64,000 nucleotides of DNA. Source: an uncultured Planctomycetaceae bacterium (lineage in GTDB: Bacteria > Planctomycetota > Phycisphaerae > SM23-33). Made by a program: the position numbers and the translations under genes. Positions 9,801 through 17,772 of this stretch are shown piece by piece. The stretch covers positions 148,626 to 212,625 of the forward strand of contig CAYLPJ010000003.1 of the NCBI GenBank assembly GCA_964385465.1, read 5' to 3'. Below the pieces are notes generated by a model. The model made no database searches. It had not been told where the DNA came from and was given only the letters and a program-made list of their open reading frames with translations. Each line of letters starts with the position of its first letter. Within the stretch, counting starts at the first letter, position 1.

Positions 9801-9904
9801 TCGCGCAGCGGCATGCTGTCGTACGCCCACAGGCCGAAGACACCCACGGCGAGGTACACCACGGCCGTCAGGACCGGGCGGCGGATGGTCAAGTTCCAGA
9901 TCAT
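6806..9904 (-). CDS. RND family efflux transporter, inner-membrane pump (AcrB/CzcA superfamily)
   Basis: 1032 aa with the typical N-terminal TM1 and large periplasmic loops. Conserved segments include 'ITTLSIPISLLAGLAIM', 'LALILAIGIVVDDAVVVLE' and 'GLIMLSGMATKNAILM'. Confidence 0.9.
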   Translation of the reverse strand: MIWNLTIRRPVLTAVVYLAVGVFGLWAYDSMPLRENPDVEFPVVSVNVVLPGAEPEVIETEVIDPLEEEINTVEGLKKLTSTAREQVGTITAEFELWVDVDIATQDVRDRVDRALRELPDGIESPIVRQLDPDARAVMWIAVTGDRRWDAVSLSAYADETLKERLQNLRGVGRVILGGERRYAVRVRLDPERLAARDLTVGDVVEAIRANNVDLPAGRVESDQREFLVKLHGQLDGPEPINRIVVAERDGAVVRVGDVGKAYAGVENDRQTAAFNGETAIGLGIVKRSGANTVALARAVRQRMKRLAERFPEGLTYTVATDDSEYIQASIRDLIFTIFLATGLVVAVVLGFLRSGWGTLITTLSIPISLLAGLAIMSLLGFSLNTLTMLALILAIGIVVDDAVVVLESAKRTLDEGGEPRPAARVGTTEVAFPAIANTLALAAVFIPVAFTAGLIGRFFYEFSLTVAVTVFASTLTALTLTPMLCARLLKPGGSRGRIARRAEAAVDSLGRGYGLLLERAFAHPVVTLLAAAGILGGTVLLAGRLSTEFLPTVDRSQFIISHEMPEGSTLRATERQAEAIRRVLRRTDEVKHYFNAVGLSRGAGPGKVNEGIFFVRLVPRGRRELHQSRVVQKMREAFAKIPLGRVFVLEPGGAGVARGAEIQVALQHPDLAELARRQDELMAWMRRQDDFTGVNSDLKMNKPQVDLRPRRDLANQMGVSVRALNDAFGLLLGEPDVSEIERRAERYEVIPEIVLKGRMVPEMIRSLYVRSKTGKLVSVGDLLAHSEGVGPSAIHHFNRIRSATISASTPPGASLGRAVGALEDRLAEQLPQRFDYAFTGRTQDFQESFRNLLLTVGLAVLFIYLVLAGQFESFLQPLIILVALPLAWAGAFAALWAFGMPLGIVSFIGLIMLSGMATKNAILMIDYTNVLVARGRTRREAAAEAASVRFRPVVMTTVSTVLGITPIALGFGSGGEARAPMGVAVAFGLLATTLLTLVFLPVVYHLVTAGTDGLRQRLARRGKRQEQEGGSA

Positions 9905-11085
9905 CGCCCGCGGGCCTCGCCGGTGTCGCCGTCCCCGGCCGAGCGTGTGGCCGGCATCGTGGCCGATGCCCTGGTCCGGGCCGCCGCGGGCGCTGTGGCG
10001 GTGGCGGGTCCGCGGGTCACTCGGACGGCCTGGCCGTCCTTGAGGCGCATGTGTCCCGTGCGGACCACCCGCTCGCCGACATCGAGGCCGCGGCGGACCT
10101 CGACCAGGCCGGGCCTGCGGAGCCCCACCTCGACCTCCCGGCGCCGCGCCCGCCCGTTCTTGACGACGAACACCTGGTAGCCTTCTCTCGTGGCGATCAG
10201 CGCCTCCTCGGGGACCGAGGGCACGTCGCGGCGGACGTGGCTGATCAGCTCGACCGAGACGAACACGCCGGGGCGGAGCAGCCCGTCAGGGTCGTCCAGC
10301 ACGGCCACGACCGGAAGCTGTCGCGTGGAAGCGTCCACCGACGGCGCCACGTAGGCCACCGTGCCGAGGAAGGTCCCCCCGGCGATGGTATCGGCGGTCA
10401 GCCGTACGGACTGTCCGGTGCGGGCGTCCACGATGGCCTGCTGGCCCAGCGTGAACCGCACCTCCAGGGCCGAGTCGCTGAAGAGCGTGGCCAGCAGGTC
10501 CCCGCGGGAGACGAAGTCGCCGACGTCCACGCGATGGTCGGACATGGTTCCGCCCAGCGGGGCGCGGACGCGGGTGTCGCGGAGCTGCTCGCCGATCAGG
10601 TCGATGAGCGACTTCAGCCGCTGCTCCTCGGCCTCGAGGCCCTCGACGTCGCTTCGCACGCGGTCGCGTTCCTCAATCGTCGCGGCCCCCTGGCCATACG
10701 CACGCTCGACGCGCTCCCGCGTGCGCCGTGCCTTGCCCAGTCGGACCGAGAGGTTCTCCAACTCCGCCCGCCGGGCCGCCAGGCGGTCCTCCAACTCGGC
10801 ATGGTCGATTACGAACAGGACATCGCCCTTGCCCACCTTCGTGCCGCGTGTGAACCGGATCTCCCTCACGTGACCGGCCGCGTCGGGACGGATCTCCACC
10901 CTCTCTGCCGCCCGTACCGTTCCCACGCCCCGGTGGATCCGCTCGAAAACCCGCGGCCGCACCGTTTCCACCTGCACCGGGGCTGGAGAAGCATCCTGCC
11001 GGGAGGGTTCCCCGCCGCAGCCGGTACAGAGCAGCACCGCCGCCCAAAGGCCGGCCAAGTCACGTATGAGCATCACAATCCGCAT
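9901..11085 (-). CDS. RND efflux membrane fusion protein (periplasmic adaptor subunit), lipoprotein
   Basis: Start chosen at MRIVMLIRDLAGLWAAVLLCTGC (lipobox LLCTGC). It has biotinyl/lipoyl-like and beta-barrel adaptor regions. ATGA overlap with the pump gene start. Confidence 0.8.
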   Translation of the reverse strand: MRIVMLIRDLAGLWAAVLLCTGCGGEPSRQDASPAPVQVETVRPRVFERIHRGVGTVRAAERVEIRPDAAGHVREIRFTRGTKVGKGDVLFVIDHAELEDRLAARRAELENLSVRLGKARRTRERVERAYGQGAATIEERDRVRSDVEGLEAEEQRLKSLIDLIGEQLRDTRVRAPLGGTMSDHRVDVGDFVSRGDLLATLFSDSALEVRFTLGQQAIVDARTGQSVRLTADTIAGGTFLGTVAYVAPSVDASTRQLPVVAVLDDPDGLLRPGVFVSVELISHVRRDVPSVPEEALIATREGYQVFVVKNGRARRREVEVGLRRPGLVEVRRGLDVGERVVRTGHMRLKDGQAVRVTRGPATATAPAAARTRASATMPATRSAGDGDTGEARGR

Positions 11086-11408
11086 CTCCCGGGCTCGGCA
11101 CGATGGCGCGGCCCTGTGCCGCGCCGCCAGGTCCATCGTATGCCCGCACGCAGGCCGCAAGCGGGACGAACGGTGCGTGGGGCGCTATGATGCTCACGGA
11201 GAAATGCCTGCTCTTGACCATCTCGCCGGGCACACGGGCTGGAGTCCAGCCCCACGGATGGGAATCCACGTTGCTGTGCCTCGGGGGGCCCCGCACACCC
11301 ATACGGGGAAGCCACCACACCGGCCGCGATGCGGCCCTCGCTTGCGGAAAGGAAAACCATGTGGCACAACGCTGGAATCGGATGGGTTGGCCGCGGGAGG
11401 GAATTGCC

Positions 11409-11750
11409 ATGAAGACGATCAGCAGAGACAGGCTTGAGGAAATGCGTCAGGCCCGGGACGACGTGACGGTCGTGGATGTGCTGGGCCCGGATGCGTACAA
11501 AGAATACCACATCCCCGGGGCGATCAACGTGCCCGTGGGCGATGGCTTCGCCAACCGCATCCAGGAGGCCGTGCCTGACAAGCAGAAGCCCGTCGTGGTC
11601 TACTGCATGGACGAAGCCTGTCAGGCCTCCCCCAAGGCCGCACTCGAGATGGGCCGGCTCGGCTACCAGGAAGTCTACGACTACGAGGCGGGCAAGAAGG
11701 ACTGGCAGGAGGCCGGATTGCCCGTCGTGGCCGGGACCAGGCCGGGCTGA
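11409..11750 (+). CDS. Single-domain rhodanese-like (sulfurtransferase) protein
   Basis: ATG at 11409, preceded by a GGGAGGG RBS. Rhodanese fold motifs are present (VVDVLGPDAYKEYHIPGAINVP...VVVYCMDEAC) with an active-site Cys. Confidence 0.7.
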   Translation: MKTISRDRLEEMRQARDDVTVVDVLGPDAYKEYHIPGAINVPVGDGFANRIQEAVPDKQKPVVVYCMDEACQASPKAALEMGRLGYQEVYDYEAGKKDWQEAGLPVVAGTRPG

Positions 11751-11779
11751 GCCGACGCGTCGATCGCAGAGGAGCCACC

Positions 11780-12670
11780 ATGTCGGATTCCTTCCTCGTC
11801 AACCCCGCCAGTCGCCTCCGTCCGGATGGCAAGCAGCGCCGCGTCGCGGTGACGGGGGCTGCCGGGCGGATCGGTACGTACTTCGCCGAGAACAGCCCCG
11901 AGCGCTTCGACCTGCTGCTGCTGGATCACCCGGACGCGGACCGCTCCCACCTCGAGCCGCACGGCGAGGTCGCTGCCTGCGACCTGCGGGAGCTTCAACG
12001 GCTGAAGGAACTGCTGGACGGCGTGGACACGGTGCTGCACCTGGCCGCCGAGGCCGGACCGGCAACGACCTGGGGCCCGCTGCTGGAGAGCAACTTCGTG
12101 GGGACCTATAACGCGTTTGTAGCCGCCGAGGCCGCCCGGTGCCGCCGGGTTGTGTTCGCCTCCTCGATCCACGCCGTCTCGGGCTACCCGGCCGAGCGGC
12201 AGGTTCAGGCGGCCGACCCGGTCAGCCCGGGGGACCTGTACGGCGTCAGCAAATGCTTCGGTGAGGCGATGGCGCGGTTCCTGAGCACGCAGCACGGACT
12301 GTCGGCGATCTGCGTGCGGATCGGCGCGTTCCAGCCGGTGGACAAGGCCCGCGAGGCCGACGCGCTGCCGTTGATGAACGCGTTCGTTTCCCGCCGCGAC
12401 CTGCAGCAGTTGCTGGTACGGTGCATCGACGACGAGCGGCTTCAGTTCGCGATCGTCCACGGCTTGTCGAACAACCGCTTCAACCGCATGGACGTCAGCG
12501 AGGCGCGGGAGCTTCTCGGATACGAGCCCCAGGACGACTTCACCGAGCTCAACCGCCGACTGGGGGACCTCGATCTGTCCGGCAGGGTCCATCCGCACAG
12601 CGAGCGCGGCGGCCAGGCCAGCGGAATCCGCGAGGAGCTCGGCGGCCCGGGCAACGAGGGTGGGGTGTAG
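11780..12670 (+). CDS. NAD-dependent epimerase/dehydratase (extended SDR) family protein
   Basis: Rossmann motif VTGAAGRIGT. Catalytic YxxxK (YGVSK). 296 aa. Confidence 0.8.
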   Translation: MSDSFLVNPASRLRPDGKQRRVAVTGAAGRIGTYFAENSPERFDLLLLDHPDADRSHLEPHGEVAACDLRELQRLKELLDGVDTVLHLAAEAGPATTWGPLLESNFVGTYNAFVAAEAARCRRVVFASSIHAVSGYPAERQVQAADPVSPGDLYGVSKCFGEAMARFLSTQHGLSAICVRIGAFQPVDKAREADALPLMNAFVSRRDLQQLLVRCIDDERLQFAIVHGLSNNRFNRMDVSEARELLGYEPQDDFTELNRRLGDLDLSGRVHPHSERGGQASGIREELGGPGNEGGV

Positions 12671-12705
12671 GCGCCGGGTGGCCCGGGCGGGGCCCGGGCA
12701 GTATC

Positions 12706-13473
12706 ATGACCACGATGAACCAGACCTCAGCCCGGATCACGGCGGCCGCTCTGCGGTGCATCGACCTCGGCCGCGCTGCGTACGCGCCCACGCTTGCCCT
12801 TCAGCAGCGGCTGGTCGATGCCGTCGCCCGCGGGGCCCTCGGACCGCATCTGCTGCTGGTCGAGCACCTCCCGGCGGTCATCACGCTGGGCCGGCGGGCG
12901 CGGGCCGAACATGTGCTGCTTCCGCCGGAGCAGTTGGCCCGACGCGGCGTGGAGGTCCATCATATCTCCCGCGGTGGCGACGTGACCTACCACGGCCCCG
13001 GCCAGCTCGTGGTCTATCCGATCCTCGCCCTGCGCGCCGTCGGGTGCAGCTTGCGGGAGTACCAGCGGCGGCTCGAGGAGGCGCTCATCCGTGCCCTGGC
13101 CGACCACGACGTCCAGGCCGGGCGCGTCGAGGGGGCGACGGGCGTGTGGGTGGGGCAGCGGAAGATCGCTGCCATCGGTATCGCCGCGCGGCGGTGGGTG
13201 ACCTATCACGGCCTGGCGCTGAACGTCACGACCGACCTGCAGGACTTCGGCCTGATCGTGCCCTGCGGCATCACCGATTGCGGCGTGACCAGCCTGGCCG
13301 AGCTGGGCCGACCGGCGTCCGTCGAGCGCGTCAAGCCGGTGCTGGTCCGGCGGTTCGCGGAGGTCTTCGGGTTCGCGCCGCCGGACGAGCCGGCCGTGGT
13401 GTCCGTCGAGGAAGCCGTCGAAGGCGTACCCGCCCCCGCGGAAGGCCGCGGCGGCACGCCCCCGGTGGGCTGA
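12706..13473 (+). CDS. lipB: Lipoyl(octanoyl) transferase
   Basis: ATG at 12706 (MTTMNQ). Hallmark motif RGGDVTYHGPGQLVVYPI. 'KIAAIGI' lysine region. Confidence 0.85.
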   Translation: MTTMNQTSARITAAALRCIDLGRAAYAPTLALQQRLVDAVARGALGPHLLLVEHLPAVITLGRRARAEHVLLPPEQLARRGVEVHHISRGGDVTYHGPGQLVVYPILALRAVGCSLREYQRRLEEALIRALADHDVQAGRVEGATGVWVGQRKIAAIGIAARRWVTYHGLALNVTTDLQDFGLIVPCGITDCGVTSLAELGRPASVERVKPVLVRRFAEVFGFAPPDEPAVVSVEEAVEGVPAPAEGRGGTPPVG

Positions 13474-13485
13474 GCGGGCGCGCCT

Positions 13486-13649
13486 CTAAGCGGTCTTGCG
13501 TAAGTTCGTTGGTGTGTGTGCGCCGGATTCGCGTTGGCTGCCAAGGCGGCCGATGCAGGCGATGCCGTGGCATCGCAGGAGCAGGCCAACGCGGGCAGGC
13601 AGCGCGAAGACAAGCACACACGCACCATGACTTACGCAGGACCGCTTAG
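13486..13649. repeat. Long imperfect nested inverted repeat (stem-loop) in the convergent lipB/aceF intergenic region; putative bidirectional terminator or structured element
   Basis: 13486-13505 (ctaagcggtcttgcgtaagt) pairs with 13630-13649 over 20 bp, with one G.U. A second ~10-bp stem pairs 13511-13520 with 13617-13626. Inner hairpins are gcgttggctgcc/ggcagccaacgc-like and gcgatgccgtggcatcgc. Confidence 0.4.
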
Positions 13650-15034
13650 CTCATCAGCAGCCGTCCCGGGTCCTCCAGCAACGAGATCACGTCATTGAGG
13701 AACCGCCCTGCCTCGGCGCCGTCGATGATGCGATGGTCGTAGGACAGGCTCAGCGGGAGCATGGTTCGGATGACCACGCGGTCCTCCCGCACGACGGGTG
13801 TGGGCTTGGCCCGGCCGGTGAGCAGCAGGGCGGACTCGGGGTAGTTGATCACGGGTGTGGCATATTTGCCGCCCACGCTGCCGAGGTTGCTGACGGTGAA
13901 GGTTCCGCCGCGCAGGTCGGCGACCTCGAACTCCCCGGAGCGTACCTTCCCGGCGAGGCGATCGATCTGGCGGGCGGTCTCGGCGAGGCTGAGGCTGCCG
14001 GCCTCGCGGAGTACGGGCACGACGAGTCCGCGGTCGGAGTCGACGGCCAGGCCGATGCTGACGTACTGCTTGTAGATGATTTGCCCGGCGTCGGCATCGA
14101 GGGACGCGTTGACGACGGGGTGGAGCTTGAGGGCATCCACGACGGCGCGGACGATGAAGGGCAGCAGGGAGAGCTTGATCTCCTCGTCGGCGAAGTCCTG
14201 CTTGTGGCGGGCGCGGAAGTCCTCGAGGTCGGTGACGTCCGCATCGGCGAAGTGCGTGACGCGGACGGTGTTGGCGTGGGACTCGGCCATCTTGTCGGCG
14301 ATGGTGCGGCGGATCTTGGGCATCTTCTCCCGGCGGACGGGCCCCCAGTCGTCGCGGTCGCCTTCCTCGCCTTCGGCCTTGGGGGCGGGCCTGCGGGGGC
14401 TCCCTCCGCGAACGGCCGCCTTCACGTCCGCCTCGGTGATCCAGCCGCCTTCCCCGCTGCCGGAGAGCTTCGAGAGGTCCACCCCCAGCTCCCGGGCGAG
14501 CCGGCGGACGTACGGTGCGGCGGGGATGGCGCCGTCCCCGGCGGTGGCCTGACGCTGGCGGCGGGCGGCGTGGGGGACCTCCTGGGCCCGGTCGGCCCCG
14601 CCGGGCTTCCCGGCGGAAGCTCCCTCGGCCTCGGTCTCCTTCTGGGCCTGGTCGGCTTCCCCTGCCTTCTTCTCGTCCTTCTCCGCCGTTTCGGCTTCTT
14701 CTTTCTCGCGTTCCTTCTCGCCCGCGGCATCCTTCTGCGGTTGCTCGGCCTCTTGGGTCTCGTCGGGCTGGTCGGCTCCCCCGCCGTCCTCGCCTTCGCC
14801 GACCTCCAGGGTCAGCAGCGGCGTGCCCGGTTCGACCTCCTGGCCGGGTTCGACGTGGATCTCCTTGACGGTGCCCGCCTTGGGGGAGGGGACCTCGGCG
14901 ACGGCTTTGTCCGTCTCCAGCTCGATGATCCCCTGGTCCACCTCGATGTCGTCTCCGGGCTGGACCAGGATGCTGGTCACCGTGGCCGACTCGACGCCTT
15001 CGCCCATATCCGGCAGCTTGACTTGCTCTTGCAC
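13646..15034 (-). CDS. aceF: Dihydrolipoamide acetyltransferase, E2 of pyruvate dehydrogenase
   Basis: GTG start at 15034 after the RBS 'aaaggaag'. N-terminal lipoyl domain (LPDMGEGVESATVTSILVQPGD...ELETDKA). Long E/K/A-rich linker. C-terminal catalytic domain with 'SYDHRIIDGAEAGRF'. Confidence 0.85.
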   Translation of the reverse strand: MQEQVKLPDMGEGVESATVTSILVQPGDDIEVDQGIIELETDKAVAEVPSPKAGTVKEIHVEPGQEVEPGTPLLTLEVGEGEDGGGADQPDETQEAEQPQKDAAGEKEREKEEAETAEKDEKKAGEADQAQKETEAEGASAGKPGGADRAQEVPHAARRQRQATAGDGAIPAAPYVRRLARELGVDLSKLSGSGEGGWITEADVKAAVRGGSPRRPAPKAEGEEGDRDDWGPVRREKMPKIRRTIADKMAESHANTVRVTHFADADVTDLEDFRARHKQDFADEEIKLSLLPFIVRAVVDALKLHPVVNASLDADAGQIIYKQYVSIGLAVDSDRGLVVPVLREAGSLSLAETARQIDRLAGKVRSGEFEVADLRGGTFTVSNLGSVGGKYATPVINYPESALLLTGRAKPTPVVREDRVVIRTMLPLSLSYDHRIIDGAEAGRFLNDVISLLEDPGRLLMS

Positions 15035-15053
15035 GTGTCTTCCTTTCCGCGTC

Positions 15054-17732
15054 TCACACTGTCCAGGGCGCCGGCGCATCGGCGTCGATGCCCAGCTTCT
15101 CGATTGCCTCGGCGAGCACGTCGCGCTCGACCTCGCCGGCGACCGCCAGGCGATGCAGGGCCGCCAGGGCGATCTGCTCGGCGCTGACCTCGAAAAACCG
15201 CCGCAGTTGCTCGCGCGAGTCGCTCCGGCCGAAGCCGTCCGTGCCCAGCACCGTCATCGGGGCGGGCACCCAGGGGCGGATCTGCTCGGGCACGGCCCGG
15301 ACGTAATCCGAGGCCGCCACCACCGGGCCCGGCGCCTCGGCCAGGCAGTCGGTCACGTAGGCCGATCGCGGCTCCTCGTCCGGGTGCAGCCGGGACCATC
15401 GCTCGGCGGCCATGCCGTCGCGTGCCAGCAGGCACCAGCTCGTCGCGCTCCAGACGTCGGCGGCCACGCCGAACTGCTCGCCCAGGAGCTTCTGCGCCCG
15501 CGTGGCCTCGTACAGGATCGCTCCGCTGGCCAGCAACTGCACGCGTGGGGCGTTGTCGTCCGTCTCGGCCGGGGCCACGCGATACAGTCCGCGGCGGATG
15601 CCGTCGGCAGCGCCTTCGGGCATCGCGGGCATGGCGTGGTTCTCGTTGTGAATCGTCAGGTACATCATCTCCGTCTCGCCGTCGGCGACCATCCGGCGGA
15701 TCCCGTCGAGGGTCAGCACGACGACCTCGTAGGCGTAGGCCGGGTCGTACGGGCGGACGGTCGGGAACGCCGAGGCCATCAGGTGGCTGTGCCCGTCCTG
15801 GTGCTGGAGGCCCTCGCCGCTGAGGGTCGTCCGCCCGGAGGTGGCCCCGACGAGGAAGCCCCTGCACCGGCTGTCTCCGGCGGCCCAGAGAAGGTCGCCG
15901 ACGCGTTGGAAGCCGAACATCGAGTAGTACATGAAGACGGGGATGGTGGGCACACCGCGGGTGGCGTAGGAGGAGCCGGCCGCGATGAACGAACTGGCAC
16001 AGCCCGCCTCGGTGATGCCCTCCTCGAGGATCTGCCCGTCGGTGACCTCGCGGTAGTAGAGCATCTTGTCGCGGTCGACGGGCTCGTAGTTCTGCCCGAC
16101 GTGCGAGTAGATGCCGCACTGGCGGAACAGCGACTCCATGCCGAAGGTTCGCGCCTCGTCGGGGACGATGGGCACGAGGTACTTGCCCACCCGATCGTCA
16201 CGGAGCAGCCGGCCCAGCAGGCGGACGAACGCCATGGTCGTCGAGATCGCCTTGTCGTTGCTGCCCCCCAGCAGCTCGGCGTAGTCGTCCAGCGGCGGGG
16301 CGTCAAGCGGCTCGGCCCGCTCGCGGCGCTGCGGCAGGTAGCCGCCCAGCGCCTCGCGGCGCTTCTGGAGGTAGCGGATCTCGGCGCTGTCTTCCTCCGG
16401 GCGGTAGAAAGGCGCCTCGGCGACGGCCTCGTCAGAGATGGGGACCTCCAGCCGCGTGCGGAAGGCCTTCAGCTCCGCCTCGTTCATCTCCTTCTGCTTG
16501 TGGCTGATGTTGCGCCCTTCGCCGGCCTCGCCCTGCCCGTAGCCCTTGACGGTCTGCGCGAGGATGACGACGGGCCGGCCCTTCTCCTGCATCGCGGCCC
16601 TGTAGGCGGCATGGACCTTCTTGGGGTCGTGCCCGCCTCGGCGGAGGCTTGCGAGTTTCTCGTCGGAGAGGTCCTTGACCAGCTCGGCCAGGTCGGGGTC
16701 CTTGCCGAAGAAGTGTTCGCGCATGTAGGCCCCGCCGGCGACGGTGTACTTCTGGTACTCGCCGTCGCACACTTCGCCCATGCGGCGGAGCAGCTTCTCG
16801 CCGGCTTCCGAGGCCAGCAGCGGGTCCCAGTCCTCGCTCCACAGCACCTTGACGACCCCCCAGCCGGCGCCCCGGAAGAACTGCTCCAGCTCGCGGATGA
16901 TGCTGCCGTTGCCCCGCACCGGACCGTCCAGGCGCTGGAGGTTGCAGTTGACCACGAAGACCAGGTTGCCCAGGCGCTGGTTGCCGGCGAAGTGGATCGC
17001 GCCGGTTGACTCCGGCTCGTCCATCTCGCCGTCGCCGAGCAGGGCCCAGACCTTCTCGCCCCGGTCCTCGGCCAGGCCGCGATCGACGAGGTACTTCTGG
17101 AACCGCGCCTGGTAGATGGCCATCAGAGGTGACAGGCCCATCGAGACGGTCGGCATCTCCCAGAACTCGGGCATCAGCCAGGGGTGAGGGTAGGATGCCA
17201 ATCCCCCCTCGGGGTCCAGCTCGCGGCGGAAGCTGGCGAGGTCCCGCTCCGACAGCCGGCCTTCCAGGAACGCCCGGGCGTACACGCCGGGCGAGGCATG
17301 GCCCTGGAAGAAGACCAGGTCCCCGGCGAAGTCCTCGCCCGGGGCGCGCCAGAAATGGTTGAAGCCCACCTCCCAGAGCGTCGCGGCCGAGCCGTAGGTC
17401 GAGATATGCCCGCCGATGCCGCTCTGTCGGCGGTTGGCCTGGACGACCATGGCCATGGCATTCCATCGGATGAGGTTGGTCAGACGGCGTTCGGTTTCGA
17501 GGTCGCCGGGGTACGGCGGTTCCTGGTCGGCGGGAATGGTATTGACGTGCGGCGTGTTGCCCAGCATGCAGACTTCCACGCCGCGGAGGAACGCCCGCTC
17601 GTTGAGCAGGCTCATCAGCAGCTCGGCCCGGCGGGGCCCGTCGTGCTCGATGACGTATTCCAGCGACTGGAGCCACTCGACGACCTCGGTATCGGGAATG
17701 CTTTCCAGGTTCACGGGGGGCTTGTGTTGCAT
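15054..17732 (-). CDS. aceE: Pyruvate dehydrogenase E1 component, homodimeric type
   Basis: ATG at 17732 (MQHKPPVNLESIPDTEVVEWLQSLEYV), ~892 aa. The N-terminus and the 'ETERRLTNLIRWNAMAMV' region parallel E. coli AceE. Confidence 0.9.
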   Translation of the reverse strand: MQHKPPVNLESIPDTEVVEWLQSLEYVIEHDGPRRAELLMSLLNERAFLRGVEVCMLGNTPHVNTIPADQEPPYPGDLETERRLTNLIRWNAMAMVVQANRRQSGIGGHISTYGSAATLWEVGFNHFWRAPGEDFAGDLVFFQGHASPGVYARAFLEGRLSERDLASFRRELDPEGGLASYPHPWLMPEFWEMPTVSMGLSPLMAIYQARFQKYLVDRGLAEDRGEKVWALLGDGEMDEPESTGAIHFAGNQRLGNLVFVVNCNLQRLDGPVRGNGSIIRELEQFFRGAGWGVVKVLWSEDWDPLLASEAGEKLLRRMGEVCDGEYQKYTVAGGAYMREHFFGKDPDLAELVKDLSDEKLASLRRGGHDPKKVHAAYRAAMQEKGRPVVILAQTVKGYGQGEAGEGRNISHKQKEMNEAELKAFRTRLEVPISDEAVAEAPFYRPEEDSAEIRYLQKRREALGGYLPQRRERAEPLDAPPLDDYAELLGGSNDKAISTTMAFVRLLGRLLRDDRVGKYLVPIVPDEARTFGMESLFRQCGIYSHVGQNYEPVDRDKMLYYREVTDGQILEEGITEAGCASSFIAAGSSYATRGVPTIPVFMYYSMFGFQRVGDLLWAAGDSRCRGFLVGATSGRTTLSGEGLQHQDGHSHLMASAFPTVRPYDPAYAYEVVVLTLDGIRRMVADGETEMMYLTIHNENHAMPAMPEGAADGIRRGLYRVAPAETDDNAPRVQLLASGAILYEATRAQKLLGEQFGVAADVWSATSWCLLARDGMAAERWSRLHPDEEPRSAYVTDCLAEAPGPVVAASDYVRAVPEQIRPWVPAPMTVLGTDGFGRSDSREQLRRFFEVSAEQIALAALHRLAVAGEVERDVLAEAIEKLGIDADAPAPWTV

Positions 17733-17772
17733 GCGCGGTCCTTTGTGGCGTCGGGGTCTGTGGCGGCTGCGG

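Noticed and set aside
6890-9830. Large alternative-frame ORFs overlapping the RND pump (6890..9217 +, 7836..9830 -)
   Set aside because: Arg/Gly/His-rich junk translations. The pump frame has unmistakable RND transmembrane and periplasmic motifs.
13516-13698. 60-aa ORF inside the lipB/aceF inverted-repeat region
   Set aside because: It lies entirely within palindromic DNA and overlaps the aceF 3' end. The composition is not protein-like.
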